Origin: an uncultured Acidobacteriota bacterium
Lineage (GTDB): Bacteria > Acidobacteriota > Thermoanaerobaculia > UBA5066 > Gp7-AA6
Length of the DNA stretch: 64,000 bases
Direction: 5' to 3'
Assembly (NCBI GenBank): GCA_963764715.1
Contig: CAVXTP010000021.1
Coordinates: 367,040-431,039 of the forward strand
Below, piece after piece: positions 36,156 through 45,584 of the stretch. The translations under genes and the position numbers were made by a program. Each line of letters opens with the position of its first letter. The first letter of the stretch is position 1. The notes under the pieces are model-generated. The model did not search any database, was not told where the DNA came from, and saw only the letters and a list, made by a program, of their open reading frames with translations.

Positions 36156-37916
36156 TCAGGGCCCGGCGCAGCCGGCCGTTATGTCTTCGGCGTAGAGCGC
36201 TTCGACCCAGTTGGCGAACTGGGACGGACAGGCGACGTCGGTGAAGATGTATTGACACGCCGGGGGCGCGAACGCCGGGCCGTGCTCGATCTTGAGCAGG
36301 AACACCGCCATCTGCGCGCGCGTCACGGGAGCGTCGGGACAGAAGTTCCCAAGACCGCATCCGGCGGTGATTCCCTCGGCGGCGAGCTGCTCGATCCAGG
36401 CCCCGAACAGGGAAGGGCAGGCAACGTCCGGAAACGCTCCGGAGCAGGGGGGCGGCGCGTAGGCCGTGCCGTGCTCGGTCTTCAGGAGGAAGACGGCCAT
36501 CTGGGCGCGTGTGATGGCGGAGAGCGGGCAGTAGTCGCCGCCGCCGCATCCCGCGGTGATTCCTTCCGCGGCGAGCTCCTCGACCCAGTCGGCGAAGAGG
36601 CCGGGGCAGGCGACATCGGGGAACTGACCGGTGCAGGGGGGAGGGACGTAGGCGGCGCCGTGCTCGATTTTCAGGAGAAATACGGCCATCTGGTCTCGCC
36701 GGACGAAATCCGCAGCGCAGAAGAAGCGCGGCGGGGAGCCGGGCAGCATGATCCGGTAGGCCACGCCGAACTCAGTACCACCGTCGCCACCGTGGTAGGT
36801 CGTCGAATAGAGCCTCCCGTCGGCGGCCTGCATCAGTCCTGCCTGAGGCGTGCGGCCGTCGGGGTCGCCACCGAAGTCGTGAATGACCGTGAAGTTTCCG
36901 TTCTCGCCGAGCCGAAACACCGTCCCTTTATTGTTCAATCCGCCCTGGTTGGCCGTGCCATAGAAGAAGCCGTCGTCGGCCTGCAGAAGCCTGGAGACAT
37001 GTTGAGACCCTTCGTGGCCGTCGGAGGCGAAGGCGTGAAGGACCTGGACGTCTCCGTCGAGAGTGATCCGATAGACCCCTCCTCGGTCAGCGCCCGAGAG
37101 TGTTCCGATGTACTGCGCGATGAGGTTTCCGCTGCTGGATTGGATGAGCTCTCGGGGGGCGTTACCTCCGGTGAACTCGTGGAGAACCGTCAGATTCCCA
37201 TTGAGCGTGATTCGGAAGAGGTTTCCGCTATCGGCGGATCCACCGAGGAAAGTCGATCCGTAGAGGTTCCCGTCGTCGGCCAGAAGGAGCGACTTCGACG
37301 GCAGACTGCCGTCGCTACCGCTGAACTCATGCATGGTTTCCAGATCGCCGTTGAAGTGCATACGAAAGATCGTTCCGTCGCCACCCGTCGGCCACCCGCT
37401 GCCTCCGGCACCGGTCGTTCCCCAGAGGTCTCCCGGTTGGGGCTCGATGAGTGAACCGGCGGGCAAGTCGCCATCCGTCCCTACGAAGGTGTGCACCGTC
37501 GTGAAAATGCCGTTCGAGTCGATCCGGAAGATCGTGCCGCAAAGACAGGGCCCGCCATAGATGGTCGTGCCGTAAAGATCCCCGTTGCTCGCCCGGAGCA
37601 ATCGAGCGAGCGGGAAAAACCCCCCCGGGCTGGAGCCGTCGTCATCATTGCGAGTGAACTCGTGGAGAATCGTCACGGCGCCGTCGCCGTCCATTCGATA
37701 GACCGTACCGCAGCCAGCGATGCAGAAGGGGCTGACTGTACCGCCGTCCTGCGACACGCCATAGAAGCTGCCGTCGCTATCCTGGATGAGCTCGTCCGGT
37801 CCGCCCGGGCCAGGCAGGTCGAACTGGTGGAAGACTTCGAAGGTCTGCCCGCGAAGAGCTGCGGATGAGGACAGGGCGAGGGCGAGAATCACCAGGCGAC
37901 CGGCGGTCGGCTTCAC
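36156..37916 (-). CDS. Secreted Gloeo_Verruco (choice-of-anchor GloVer, TIGR03803-like) repeat protein with Cys-rich SLH-like C-terminus
   Basis: Signal peptide; repeats of L..(D/N)G.(F/L)YG.T..GG....GT(V/I)FR.....G..T.LH.F; SLH-like repeats that begin and end mid-repeat; no IPT domain. Confidence 0.85.
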   Translation of the reverse strand: MKPTAGRLVILALALSSSAALRGQTFEVFHQFDLPGPGGPDELIQDSDGSFYGVSQDGGTVSPFCIAGCGTVYRMDGDGAVTILHEFTRNDDDGSSPGGFFPLARLLRASNGDLYGTTIYGGPCLCGTIFRIDSNGIFTTVHTFVGTDGDLPAGSLIEPQPGDLWGTTGAGGSGWPTGGDGTIFRMHFNGDLETMHEFSGSDGSLPSKSLLLADDGNLYGSTFLGGSADSGNLFRITLNGNLTVLHEFTGGNAPRELIQSSSGNLIAQYIGTLSGADRGGVYRITLDGDVQVLHAFASDGHEGSQHVSRLLQADDGFFYGTANQGGLNNKGTVFRLGENGNFTVIHDFGGDPDGRTPQAGLMQAADGRLYSTTYHGGDGGTEFGVAYRIMLPGSPPRFFCAADFVRRDQMAVFLLKIEHGAAYVPPPCTGQFPDVACPGLFADWVEELAAEGITAGCGGGDYCPLSAITRAQMAVFLLKTEHGTAYAPPPCSGAFPDVACPSLFGAWIEQLAAEGITAGCGLGNFCPDAPVTRAQMAVFLLKIEHGPAFAPPACQYIFTDVACPSQFANWVEALYAEDITAGCAGP

Positions 37917-38015
37917 GTGGACTCCTCGAGATTCGGTCCGGGCCCCCCGCGGCGGAAGACCCGGCCGGCTCTCTTTCGGAGAGGAGCCGAGGCTCGCCCC
38001 TCCCCTGAAAGGAAC

Positions 38016-38042
38016 CGCGAGAATCCCGGGCCAAACGGGTCA
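38016..38042 (-). promoter_or_regulatory. Variant bipartite motif TGACC-N14-TTCTCGCG
   Basis: Same upstream box and spacing as the TTGTCGAG motif; about 100 nt upstream of the 37916 start. Confidence 0.45.
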
Positions 38043-38062
38043 ACGGGCCCGCAACAGCGGGT

Positions 38063-38443
38063 TTATCGCAAGGGCGGCCGGAACGTCGCCCGGTTTTCCG
38101 GGCCTTCCCAGACGGTCACCTCGGCGACCCGGGACCAGCCCAGGGCGCCGGAGGCATCGAGCCTTTCGGCGAAGTAGCGGGCCAGGTTTTCGGCCGACGT
38201 GTTGCGGCCGCGGAAGGCGGCGTGTTCGTTGACGTAGCCGTAGTCGAACTCGGCGGCGATCGCCGCCAGGGCCTTCTTGGCCGGGACGAAATCGACCGCG
38301 AGATCGTACTGCTGGAGCTTGTCGGCCTCGAGCACGGCTTCGACCCGGTAGGAGTGTCCGTGGAGAGGCTCTGGGCCGCCGGCGTAGTCGATCAGGTTGT
38401 GCGCGGCCTCGAAGCGGGCGGTGACCGTGACGCGATAGCTCAT
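38063..38443 (-). CDS. 6-pyruvoyl-tetrahydropterin synthase / QueD family protein (COG0720), PTPS-III-type signature
   Basis: C-terminus of ORF 38063..42070: MSYRVTVTARFEAAHNL...PEPLHGHSYRVE...VDF...NTSAENLA...VTVWEGP. ATG overlaps the upstream stop (ATGA). Confidence 0.85.
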   Translation of the reverse strand: MSYRVTVTARFEAAHNLIDYAGGPEPLHGHSYRVEAVLEADKLQQYDLAVDFVPAKKALAAIAAEFDYGYVNEHAAFRGRNTSAENLARYFAERLDASGALGWSRVAEVTVWEGPENRATFRPPLR

Positions 38444-41034
38444 GCCTGCAGGAGCGTCGCCTCGCGGGTGATCGACATCCCGGCCTGCTCCGCGGGAGGG
38501 ATCGCGAGCAGGGCCTCGAGGACCTTCTTCGCCGTCGCGGTTTCGCCCGCGGCCTGATCGAGGTTGACCTCGAAGACGAGGCTTGCGCCCGTCGCGTCGG
38601 ACTCGAGCGCGAGGGAGCGCAGGGCCGGCATGGACCGTCTCCAGCCGTCGACGAGGGCCTCGCTCGCGCGGTTCATGTGCTCCTGCGAGTCGAGGCGCAC
38701 GGCGTAGCGCGCGCCCTTGACGGCCTTCGCGAGGGAAGGCTCTCCGGCCGCCAGCGCGCGGACCTCGAGGACCTCGATCCCGTCCGGGAGCTTCGCGTTG
38801 ATGCGCTGGGCGGCGTCGTCGGGGAAGGGGGAGCGTCCGTCGACGTCGAAGACCTCGTGCCGGCTCTCGAGCCCCAGCGCGAGGGCCGGACCCATGGAGA
38901 GCTTCATGTGCGGGTTGAAGCCTTCCGTGTACCGGGCCGGCAGGCCCGCGGAGCGGATCGCGCGCTCGAGGACGTCCATCGTGTTGCGGTGAGACAGCAG
39001 GCGCGCGTCGCCGGTCTTCGTGAATGAAACGCGGTGGCGGAACACCTGGTCGCCCTGGGCGCCCCGGCGCGAGGCGGCGGGAAGGTCCGGCATCGCCTTC
39101 TGGCGGTAGGCCGCCCCTTTGGCGACGTCGCGGTAGGCGGCGGGATCGCTCGCGGGTGCCGCCGCCGCGTCGAATGCTGGAAGATCGGTCATCCCCTTGG
39201 CGAGTACGGTGTCCTCGCCGTTGCCCGGGACGCCGCAGGCGTAGCAGTGGCCCCACTTGCAGTCCTCGGTCCGCATCTCCTTCTTCGCCTTGATCAGCTC
39301 GATCTGGAGCCAGCGCTTCTTGATCGAGACGTCGAGGACGTCCCACGGCAGGATCTCGTCGAGGTCGTAGGCCCGCAGGTACGACTCCTTCGGGATGCCC
39401 TCGGTTTCGAAGGCCTTCGTCCAGAGGTCGTAGCGGAAGTGCTCGGTCCAGCCGTCGAACCGCACGCCCGACTTCCAGGCCGTGTGGAGGATCCGCCCGG
39501 CGCGCCGGTCGCCCCGGGACAGCACGCACTCGATCTCGGCCTCGCGCGGCTCGTGCCACTTCATCTTCGCGCCGCGCACGCGCCGGAACCGGTCCTTCAG
39601 GTACGCGAGCTTCGACTCGAGCACGTCGACGCCGTCGAACGGCGCCCACTGGAACGGCGTCCAGGACTTCGGCACGAACGACCCGACGGAGACGTTCACG
39701 TTCTTGCGGCCGTGCTTCCTTCCCTGCGCGAGGATGCCTTCGACGAGCGTGACGAGCTCGTCGAGATCGGCTTCGGTCTCGGTCGGCAGCCCGATCATCG
39801 TGTAGACCTTGATGAGGTCCCAGCCGCGGGCGAAGGCGACGTCGGCCGCCGCGATCATGTCGGCGTTGGTGAACGTCTTGTTGATGACGCGGCGCAGCCG
39901 GTCGGAGCCCGTCTCCGGCGCGAACGTGAAGCCGGACTTGCGGACCTCCGAGACGGCGTCGGCGAGGCCGACGGAGAAGGCCTCCGCGCGGAGCGACGGC
40001 AGCGAGATCGACACGCGCTGGTCCGCGAGGGCCGGCGCGAGGCACTTCACGAGCGGTTCGATCTGGGAATAGTCGGCGGTCGAGAGCGAGAGCAGGCCGA
40101 CCTCGCTCCAGCCCGACTCGGCGATGAATTTCTTCGTCATGTCGGCGACGTCGCCCGGGTCGAGCTCGCGCACGGGCCGGTACCAGTAGCCGGCCTGGCA
40201 GAAGCGACAGCCCTGGGTGCAGCCGCGCATCACCTCGAGGCCCAGCCGGTCCTGCACGATCTCGACCGACGGGACCATGGGCTTCTCGGGGTAGTACTCG
40301 GGCTTGAGCCGCGGCACCCACGTGCGGCGCGCCCGTTCCGGCGCCCGCGGGTCGTTTCTCTCGATCGAGGCGATGCGGCCGTCCTCGCGGTACGTCACGT
40401 CGTAGAACGACGGGACGTAGATGCCGTCGACCTGCGCGAGCGCGGCGAGGAGGTCGCGGCGGGAGAGCCCGCGCGCCCGAGCCTCGCGGTAGGCGTCGAG
40501 GAAGACCGGCAAGGCCTCCTCGGCGTCGCCGACGAGGAAGGCGTCGAAGAAGTCGGCGATCGGCTCGGGATTCGCCGTGCAGGGGCCGCCGCCGAGCACG
40601 ATCGGGTCCGTCTCGCGGCGGTCGCGCTGCCAGACCGGCAGGCCCGCGAGATCCAGCATGTTGAGGATGTTCGAATAGTTGAGCTCCGCCTGGAGCGAGA
40701 ACCCCAGGACGTCGAAGTCGGCGGCCGGCGCGAAGGACTCCGTCGAGAAGAGGGGAATTCCGTTGTCTCGCATCCGGGCCTCGAGGTCCGTCCACGGCGC
40801 GTACACCCTCTCGCAGGCGAAATCCTCGCGGCGGTTGACGATCTCGTAGAGGATCTTCAGCCCCGTGTGGCTCATCCCGATCTCGTAGGTGTCGGGGAAG
40901 GCGAGGGCCAGCGTCACCGAGGCCTTCGCGAGGTCCTTGCGCGTGACGTTGCGCTCGAGGCCGACGTACCGGCCCGGCTTCTCGACGAAGGGCAGGTGCG
41001 GGTCGAGGAGCGGGCGGAGAGAGCCGTATCGCAT
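38440..41034 (-). CDS. TIGR03960-like B12-binding radical SAM protein fused to a TIGR03936/DUF2344-like domain
   Basis: VEKPGRYVG, FPDTYEIGMSH, RGCTQGCRFCQAG (CxxxCxxC), TFAPETGSDRLR, C-terminal C..C..CG, then LSHRNTMDVLERAIRSAGLP..YTEGFNPH. Confidence 0.88.
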   Translation of the reverse strand: MRYGSLRPLLDPHLPFVEKPGRYVGLERNVTRKDLAKASVTLALAFPDTYEIGMSHTGLKILYEIVNRREDFACERVYAPWTDLEARMRDNGIPLFSTESFAPAADFDVLGFSLQAELNYSNILNMLDLAGLPVWQRDRRETDPIVLGGGPCTANPEPIADFFDAFLVGDAEEALPVFLDAYREARARGLSRRDLLAALAQVDGIYVPSFYDVTYREDGRIASIERNDPRAPERARRTWVPRLKPEYYPEKPMVPSVEIVQDRLGLEVMRGCTQGCRFCQAGYWYRPVRELDPGDVADMTKKFIAESGWSEVGLLSLSTADYSQIEPLVKCLAPALADQRVSISLPSLRAEAFSVGLADAVSEVRKSGFTFAPETGSDRLRRVINKTFTNADMIAAADVAFARGWDLIKVYTMIGLPTETEADLDELVTLVEGILAQGRKHGRKNVNVSVGSFVPKSWTPFQWAPFDGVDVLESKLAYLKDRFRRVRGAKMKWHEPREAEIECVLSRGDRRAGRILHTAWKSGVRFDGWTEHFRYDLWTKAFETEGIPKESYLRAYDLDEILPWDVLDVSIKKRWLQIELIKAKKEMRTEDCKWGHCYACGVPGNGEDTVLAKGMTDLPAFDAAAAPASDPAAYRDVAKGAAYRQKAMPDLPAASRRGAQGDQVFRHRVSFTKTGDARLLSHRNTMDVLERAIRSAGLPARYTEGFNPHMKLSMGPALALGLESRHEVFDVDGRSPFPDDAAQRINAKLPDGIEVLEVRALAAGEPSLAKAVKGARYAVRLDSQEHMNRASEALVDGWRRSMPALRSLALESDATGASLVFEVNLDQAAGETATAKKVLEALLAIPPAEQAGMSITREATLLQA

Positions 41035-41064
41035 AGGAACCGGGAATCCTATCGCGGTCGGCCG

Positions 41065-43425
41065 CTAGGGCAGCTGGAAGGTCTTGACCAGGAACACCGC
41101 CATCTGGCCGCGCGTGTTGTTGTTGCCCGGGCAGTAGTTGCCGCCGCCGCATCCGCCGGTGATCTGTTCCGCCGCAAGCTGCTCGATCCAGTCGGCGAAG
41201 AGCGAGGGGCACTGCACGTCGGCGAACACGCCCGTGCAGGCGGGAGGCGCGTAGGTGGCGCCGTGTTCGGCCTTCAAGAGGAACGCCGCCATCTGGTCGC
41301 GGCGGACCGGGTTCTGCGGGCAGTAGTTGCCGCCGCCGCAGCCGCCGGTGATGCCCTCCGCGGCCAGCGCCTCGATCCAGTCGGCGAAGAGCGAGGGGCA
41401 CGGCACATCGGAGAAGGTCCCGGTGCATGGCGGGGGTGCGTAACAGATGCCATGCCGTGCCTTCAGCAGGAAAACGGCCATCTGCTGGCGGAGCACCGAC
41501 TGCACGACGCCGTAGTTGCCGCCTCCGATGCCGCCCGTGATTCCGTCCGACGCGAGCGTGACGACGAAGTCGTGAAAGGGGTTCGACGGCGGCACGTCCA
41601 GGTAATCGGCGACGAATCCGAGGGGGAGGATCCCGTGCGTGCCGTCCGTGTTCGTTACGGTCAGGTCGTAGGCAGCTCCGGGGGCGAGCGCCGGTGTATC
41701 GACCTGGATGTGCGTGGCGTCCGACACGACAAGACCCGTTCCGGACAGGCCCCCGAACTTCACAGTCGCTCCATCCGCGAAGCTCGTGCCGGAGATCGAA
41801 ACGGACACGCCGCCCGCGGGGTCGCCGCTCGCCGGTGTCGACGAGAACGGCAGCCGCTGCGAGAAGCCGGAGGTGTGGAAAGTCGGGATGGGGAAGCCGT
41901 CCTGAAGCGTGTACAGAGTCGTCGTCGCCGTCGCGGTCACGATCTCGTCCGACAGCACGACGGGCAGATCCACGCTGAAGGAACCGTTTCCACCGAAGTC
42001 CGTCGAGACGGAGCCTTGGCCGATGAACGTGGTGCCCTCGTCGAACTGCCTCGGGAACTCTTTCGAACACGCAGGGCTCGAGAAAAACTCGAGCGTGACC
42101 GTCTGGCTCGCCGGACCGTTGTAGACGCCTTCGACGGTGGTGGTGCTGGTGCCGGGGACGACCGAAGTGATCAAGGGGAAGTTCAGGTAGTCGCCGGGCG
42201 TGTTCGGGCGGATCGTTCCCGCGGCGCCGATGACGATCCCCAGACCGTGGTTCGAATGAATCGAGTTGGCACGGAAGGTCCGCCTCGACCCGGTCGACCA
42301 GATCCCCTGGCTGTTGTATGCGATCGTGTTTTCGTGAACCCAGAGTCCGGGGGCGGACTCGGCCAGGACGCCGGCTCCGCCATTTCCGAGCGGCAGCGTT
42401 CCGGTCGCGTCCGTCCCGATGAAGTTCGCCGAGACCTGGGGCTGGACGATGGGACCAAAGTATTCGATATAGTTGAACGAGAGGCCGTCACCGGTGTTTC
42501 CGGAGATGACGTTGTCGAGGAAGTCGACGAAGATCACCGAGCCCTCGACGCGGGCTCCCCGTCCGTTTCCGAGCTTCGACGTGCCGGCCGCGTCGGTCCC
42601 GATACGATTGTGCTGGACGAGTCCGGACGACACACTGATGAACCGGATTCCCTCCGACGTGTTCCCCGAGATGACGTTGCCGTCTTCCCAGTTGAGCCCT
42701 CCGATCTGCGAATTCGAAGTGGTCAAGAGCTCGACGCCGATGCCGTTGCCCGCCGCGTCGTGGCCATTGGGCGCCGTGCCGATGAGGTTTCCGCGGATCT
42801 GCTTTTGGTTGACGAAGTCCAGGACGATGCCCGCCGTGGAGTTGCCCGAGATGACGTTGCGCGCCGCCGGATTCGAGTCGCCGATGCGGTCGAGACCGCT
42901 CGTGCCCGTGATCGTCACGCCGACGACGTTGCCGGATGTTACGGACCCGGAGGCGGTCGGCCCGATGAAGTTGCCCTGAATCAGGTTGTCCACCGCAGTC
43001 GTCAGCGCGATCGCCGTCTGGAAGCCGTAGAGCGCTAGGCCCTGCACGATCGAGGAACCTCCGGTGATCGTCAGTCCGTCGGTGCCGCTGCCGAGCAGCT
43101 CGATCTGGAGGACCGCATCGTCGCCGAGAGGGTCCGAGTTCCACGCGGAGCCCGGCTGCGAGTAGCCGTCGATCAGGACCGATTCGATGATGTCCGGCAG
43201 CGCCGCGGGCACGAGGATGGTGTGCGGGCCGGCCCCGGGGATGGCGAACGCGATCCCGTCGGGGCCGGGCGAGGCGTTGGCGTCGAGGATCGCCTGCCGC
43301 AACGATCCCGGACCGCTGTCCCCGATGTTCGTCACGGTATAGATGGCGGCCCGGGCGTCCGGCGGCCCGAGGAGGGCGAGGAGTGCGGCGGCGGCGGCGA
43401 GTTTCGGCGTAGGACGCTTCCACAT
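41065..43425 (-). CDS. Secreted beta-helix / IPT / Cys-rich SLH protein, paralogue 15
   Basis: ORF 41065..43881; likely start ATG 43425 (MWKRPTPKLAAAAALL). Confidence 0.88.
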   Translation of the reverse strand: MWKRPTPKLAAAAALLALLGPPDARAAIYTVTNIGDSGPGSLRQAILDANASPGPDGIAFAIPGAGPHTILVPAALPDIIESVLIDGYSQPGSAWNSDPLGDDAVLQIELLGSGTDGLTITGGSSIVQGLALYGFQTAIALTTAVDNLIQGNFIGPTASGSVTSGNVVGVTITGTSGLDRIGDSNPAARNVISGNSTAGIVLDFVNQKQIRGNLIGTAPNGHDAAGNGIGVELLTTSNSQIGGLNWEDGNVISGNTSEGIRFISVSSGLVQHNRIGTDAAGTSKLGNGRGARVEGSVIFVDFLDNVISGNTGDGLSFNYIEYFGPIVQPQVSANFIGTDATGTLPLGNGGAGVLAESAPGLWVHENTIAYNSQGIWSTGSRRTFRANSIHSNHGLGIVIGAAGTIRPNTPGDYLNFPLITSVVPGTSTTTVEGVYNGPASQTVTLEFFSSPACSKEFPRQFDEGTTFIGQGSVSTDFGGNGSFSVDLPVVLSDEIVTATATTTLYTLQDGFPIPTFHTSGFSQRLPFSSTPASGDPAGGVSVSISGTSFADGATVKFGGLSGTGLVVSDATHIQVDTPALAPGAAYDLTVTNTDGTHGILPLGFVADYLDVPPSNPFHDFVVTLASDGITGGIGGGNYGVVQSVLRQQMAVFLLKARHGICYAPPPCTGTFSDVPCPSLFADWIEALAAEGITGGCGGGNYCPQNPVRRDQMAAFLLKAEHGATYAPPACTGVFADVQCPSLFADWIEQLAAEQITGGCGGGNYCPGNNNTRGQMAVFLVKTFQLP

Positions 43426-43445
43426 GGGCTTGCCCTTCTCCTTCA

Positions 43446-43472
43446 CGCGCGAAAACCGCCCAAACGGGATCA
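43446..43472 (-). promoter_or_regulatory. Variant bipartite motif TGATC-N14-TTCGCGCG
   Basis: Same spacing; just upstream of paralogue 15. Confidence 0.4.
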
Positions 43473-43544
43473 CGCTCCGACCCGGAGCGGATGGGTCATC
43501 ACATCGGGAGCCGGACCTCGAATCCTGCCAGCGGGCCGCGGTGA

Positions 43545-45491
43545 TTATGGCGCGAGGAACGTCTTCGTCAGGAAGACCGCCATCTGTCCGCGGGTATTCG
43601 GGAACGTCGGGCAGTAGTTCGGCCCGCCGCAGCCGGCCGTGATGTTCAGGGCGACCAGTTCGCCGATCCAGTCGGCAAACAGGGACGGACACACCACGTC
43701 GGCGAAGACCGGTGTGCACGCCGGCGGCACGTGGCTCGAACCGAACTTCGCCTTCAGCAGGAAGACGGCCATCTGTGCCCGCGTGACCGGGTTGGCGGGG
43801 CAGTAGTTGTTGCCGCCGCAGCCGACGGTGATGCTCTCGGCCACGAGCTGCTCGATCCAGTCGGCGAACTGCGAAGGGCACGTGACGTCGTCGAAGACGC
43901 CCGAGCAGTCGGGCGGCAGGTAGAACTGCCCGTGCTTGGCCTTGAGCAGGAAGACCGCCATCTGCGCGCGCGTGACCGACGCGTTTCGGCAGTAGTTGCC
44001 GCCGCCGCAGCCCGCCGTGATTCCCGCTCGGACGATCGCCTCGACATAGTCGTGGAAGGTGTCGGCCTGCGGCACGTCCAGAAAGTCGGCGAGCCAGGCG
44101 CGCTCCAGGAAGCCGATGCTCGTGTCGGTGTTGACGACGGAGAGGTCGTGGAGCAGTCCGGGCGCCAGGTTCGGCGTCGTGGCCGTGATCGTCGTTGGGT
44201 CCACGACGTCGACGGACGTCGCCATGGATCCGGAAAGCGAGACGGTGGCCTGGTTCGCGAAGCCCGAACCGGAGATCGTGACGTCCGTGCCGCCGGCCGC
44301 GGGGCCCGAGTCGGGCGTGATCGAGAGGACGGACGGGGTCGTCAGCTTCCAGATCGCGCCCACGTTGTTGGCGCCGCCGCCCGAGGCCGTGCCGTAGAGG
44401 GCACCGTCGAGTCCCTGGAGAACGGCGCCGTGGGGCGCGGAGCCGCTCACCGAGGTGAAGTCGTGCGCGGAGGCGACGAGCTGGCCGGCCATCGTCATCC
44501 GGTACACCGTGCCGGCGCCGGTCCCGCCGCCCGACGCGGTGCCGTACAGCAGGCCGCCGACGATCCGGATCAGGGAGGAGCGCGGATCCGTGCCCTCGTC
44601 GCCCGAGAACGCGTGAACGATCTGGAAGTCCGTGCCGTCCCGCCGCAGCTTGTAGACCGTTCCCTGCCCGGCGGTGCCGCCGAGGATCGTCGTGCCGTAG
44701 AGAAACCCGTCGGGCGTCTCGAACATGGGCGCGAGGGGTTGCCGGCCGCCGTTGCCCCCCGCGAAGGTGTGAATGGTCTCGAAGTTGCCGCCGTCGGTGT
44801 CGATCCGGAAGACCGTCCCGTTGCCGGAGCCGTTGTGGCCGGTCTCGGTCGTGCCGTAGAGCTTTCCATCGGTGGCGAGGAAGAGGCCGCCGTAGGGGTT
44901 CGATCCGTCGGTCGCCACGGAGCCGAAGGTGTGCAGAACGTCGAAGTTCTGGCCGCCCGGATCGATGCTGAAAACCGTCCCGAAGCCATTCGGGCCCTCG
45001 TTGCGCGCGACGCCGTAGAGGATCGTGTCGGGCCCCTGGACGAGACGGCCGAAGGGGTTCGCGCCGTCCATGGCGCCGTCGAAGTGGTGGATCACGGCGA
45101 AGTTGTTGCCGTTCGTATCGACCTTGTAGACGACGCCCGAGCTGTCGCTGCCGCCGTCCGAGGCGACTCCGAAAAGGAAGCCCGCACCGAGAATCGGTCC
45201 GGCGTACGGATCGTCGCCGTCGGTCAGGTCGAACGAATGAAGGACGACGAAGTTGTCCCCGTCAGGCTCGAGCTTGAAGACGGATCCGTTGCCGTTCTCG
45301 CCACCGAAGACCGCCGTGCCGTAGAGGTTTCCCTGGGCATCCTGGACGAGAGCCGAGCGCGGGTTGTTGCCCTCGCTCAACTCGAGGCTGTGGATGACCA
45401 GGTACTGCGCGGCAAGCGAGGCGGGGAGGGACGCGCTCAGGGCCAGGGCGGCGAATACCGACACCGAGGAGCGGCGGCTTGCGATGGCCAT
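43545..45491 (-). CDS. Secreted Gloeo_Verruco repeat / IPT / Cys-rich SLH protein
   Basis: 648 aa; repeats such as GNLYGTAVFGG..GNGSVFKL..DG.NF.VLHSF; IPT (PDSGPAAGGTDVTISGSGF); three SLH-like repeats. Confidence 0.88.
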   Translation of the reverse strand: MAIASRRSSVSVFAALALSASLPASLAAQYLVIHSLELSEGNNPRSALVQDAQGNLYGTAVFGGENGNGSVFKLEPDGDNFVVLHSFDLTDGDDPYAGPILGAGFLFGVASDGGSDSSGVVYKVDTNGNNFAVIHHFDGAMDGANPFGRLVQGPDTILYGVARNEGPNGFGTVFSIDPGGQNFDVLHTFGSVATDGSNPYGGLFLATDGKLYGTTETGHNGSGNGTVFRIDTDGGNFETIHTFAGGNGGRQPLAPMFETPDGFLYGTTILGGTAGQGTVYKLRRDGTDFQIVHAFSGDEGTDPRSSLIRIVGGLLYGTASGGGTGAGTVYRMTMAGQLVASAHDFTSVSGSAPHGAVLQGLDGALYGTASGGGANNVGAIWKLTTPSVLSITPDSGPAAGGTDVTISGSGFANQATVSLSGSMATSVDVVDPTTITATTPNLAPGLLHDLSVVNTDTSIGFLERAWLADFLDVPQADTFHDYVEAIVRAGITAGCGGGNYCRNASVTRAQMAVFLLKAKHGQFYLPPDCSGVFDDVTCPSQFADWIEQLVAESITVGCGGNNYCPANPVTRAQMAVFLLKAKFGSSHVPPACTPVFADVVCPSLFADWIGELVALNITAGCGGPNYCPTFPNTRGQMAVFLTKTFLAP

Positions 45492-45584
45492 GGAGCCCTC
45501 CTGAAATTTTGGCGGATTCTGTCACAACGGGGAACCGGCCCCTGACCGCCTCTCGTCCCAATCCAGCGAAAGGCGGAACCAACG

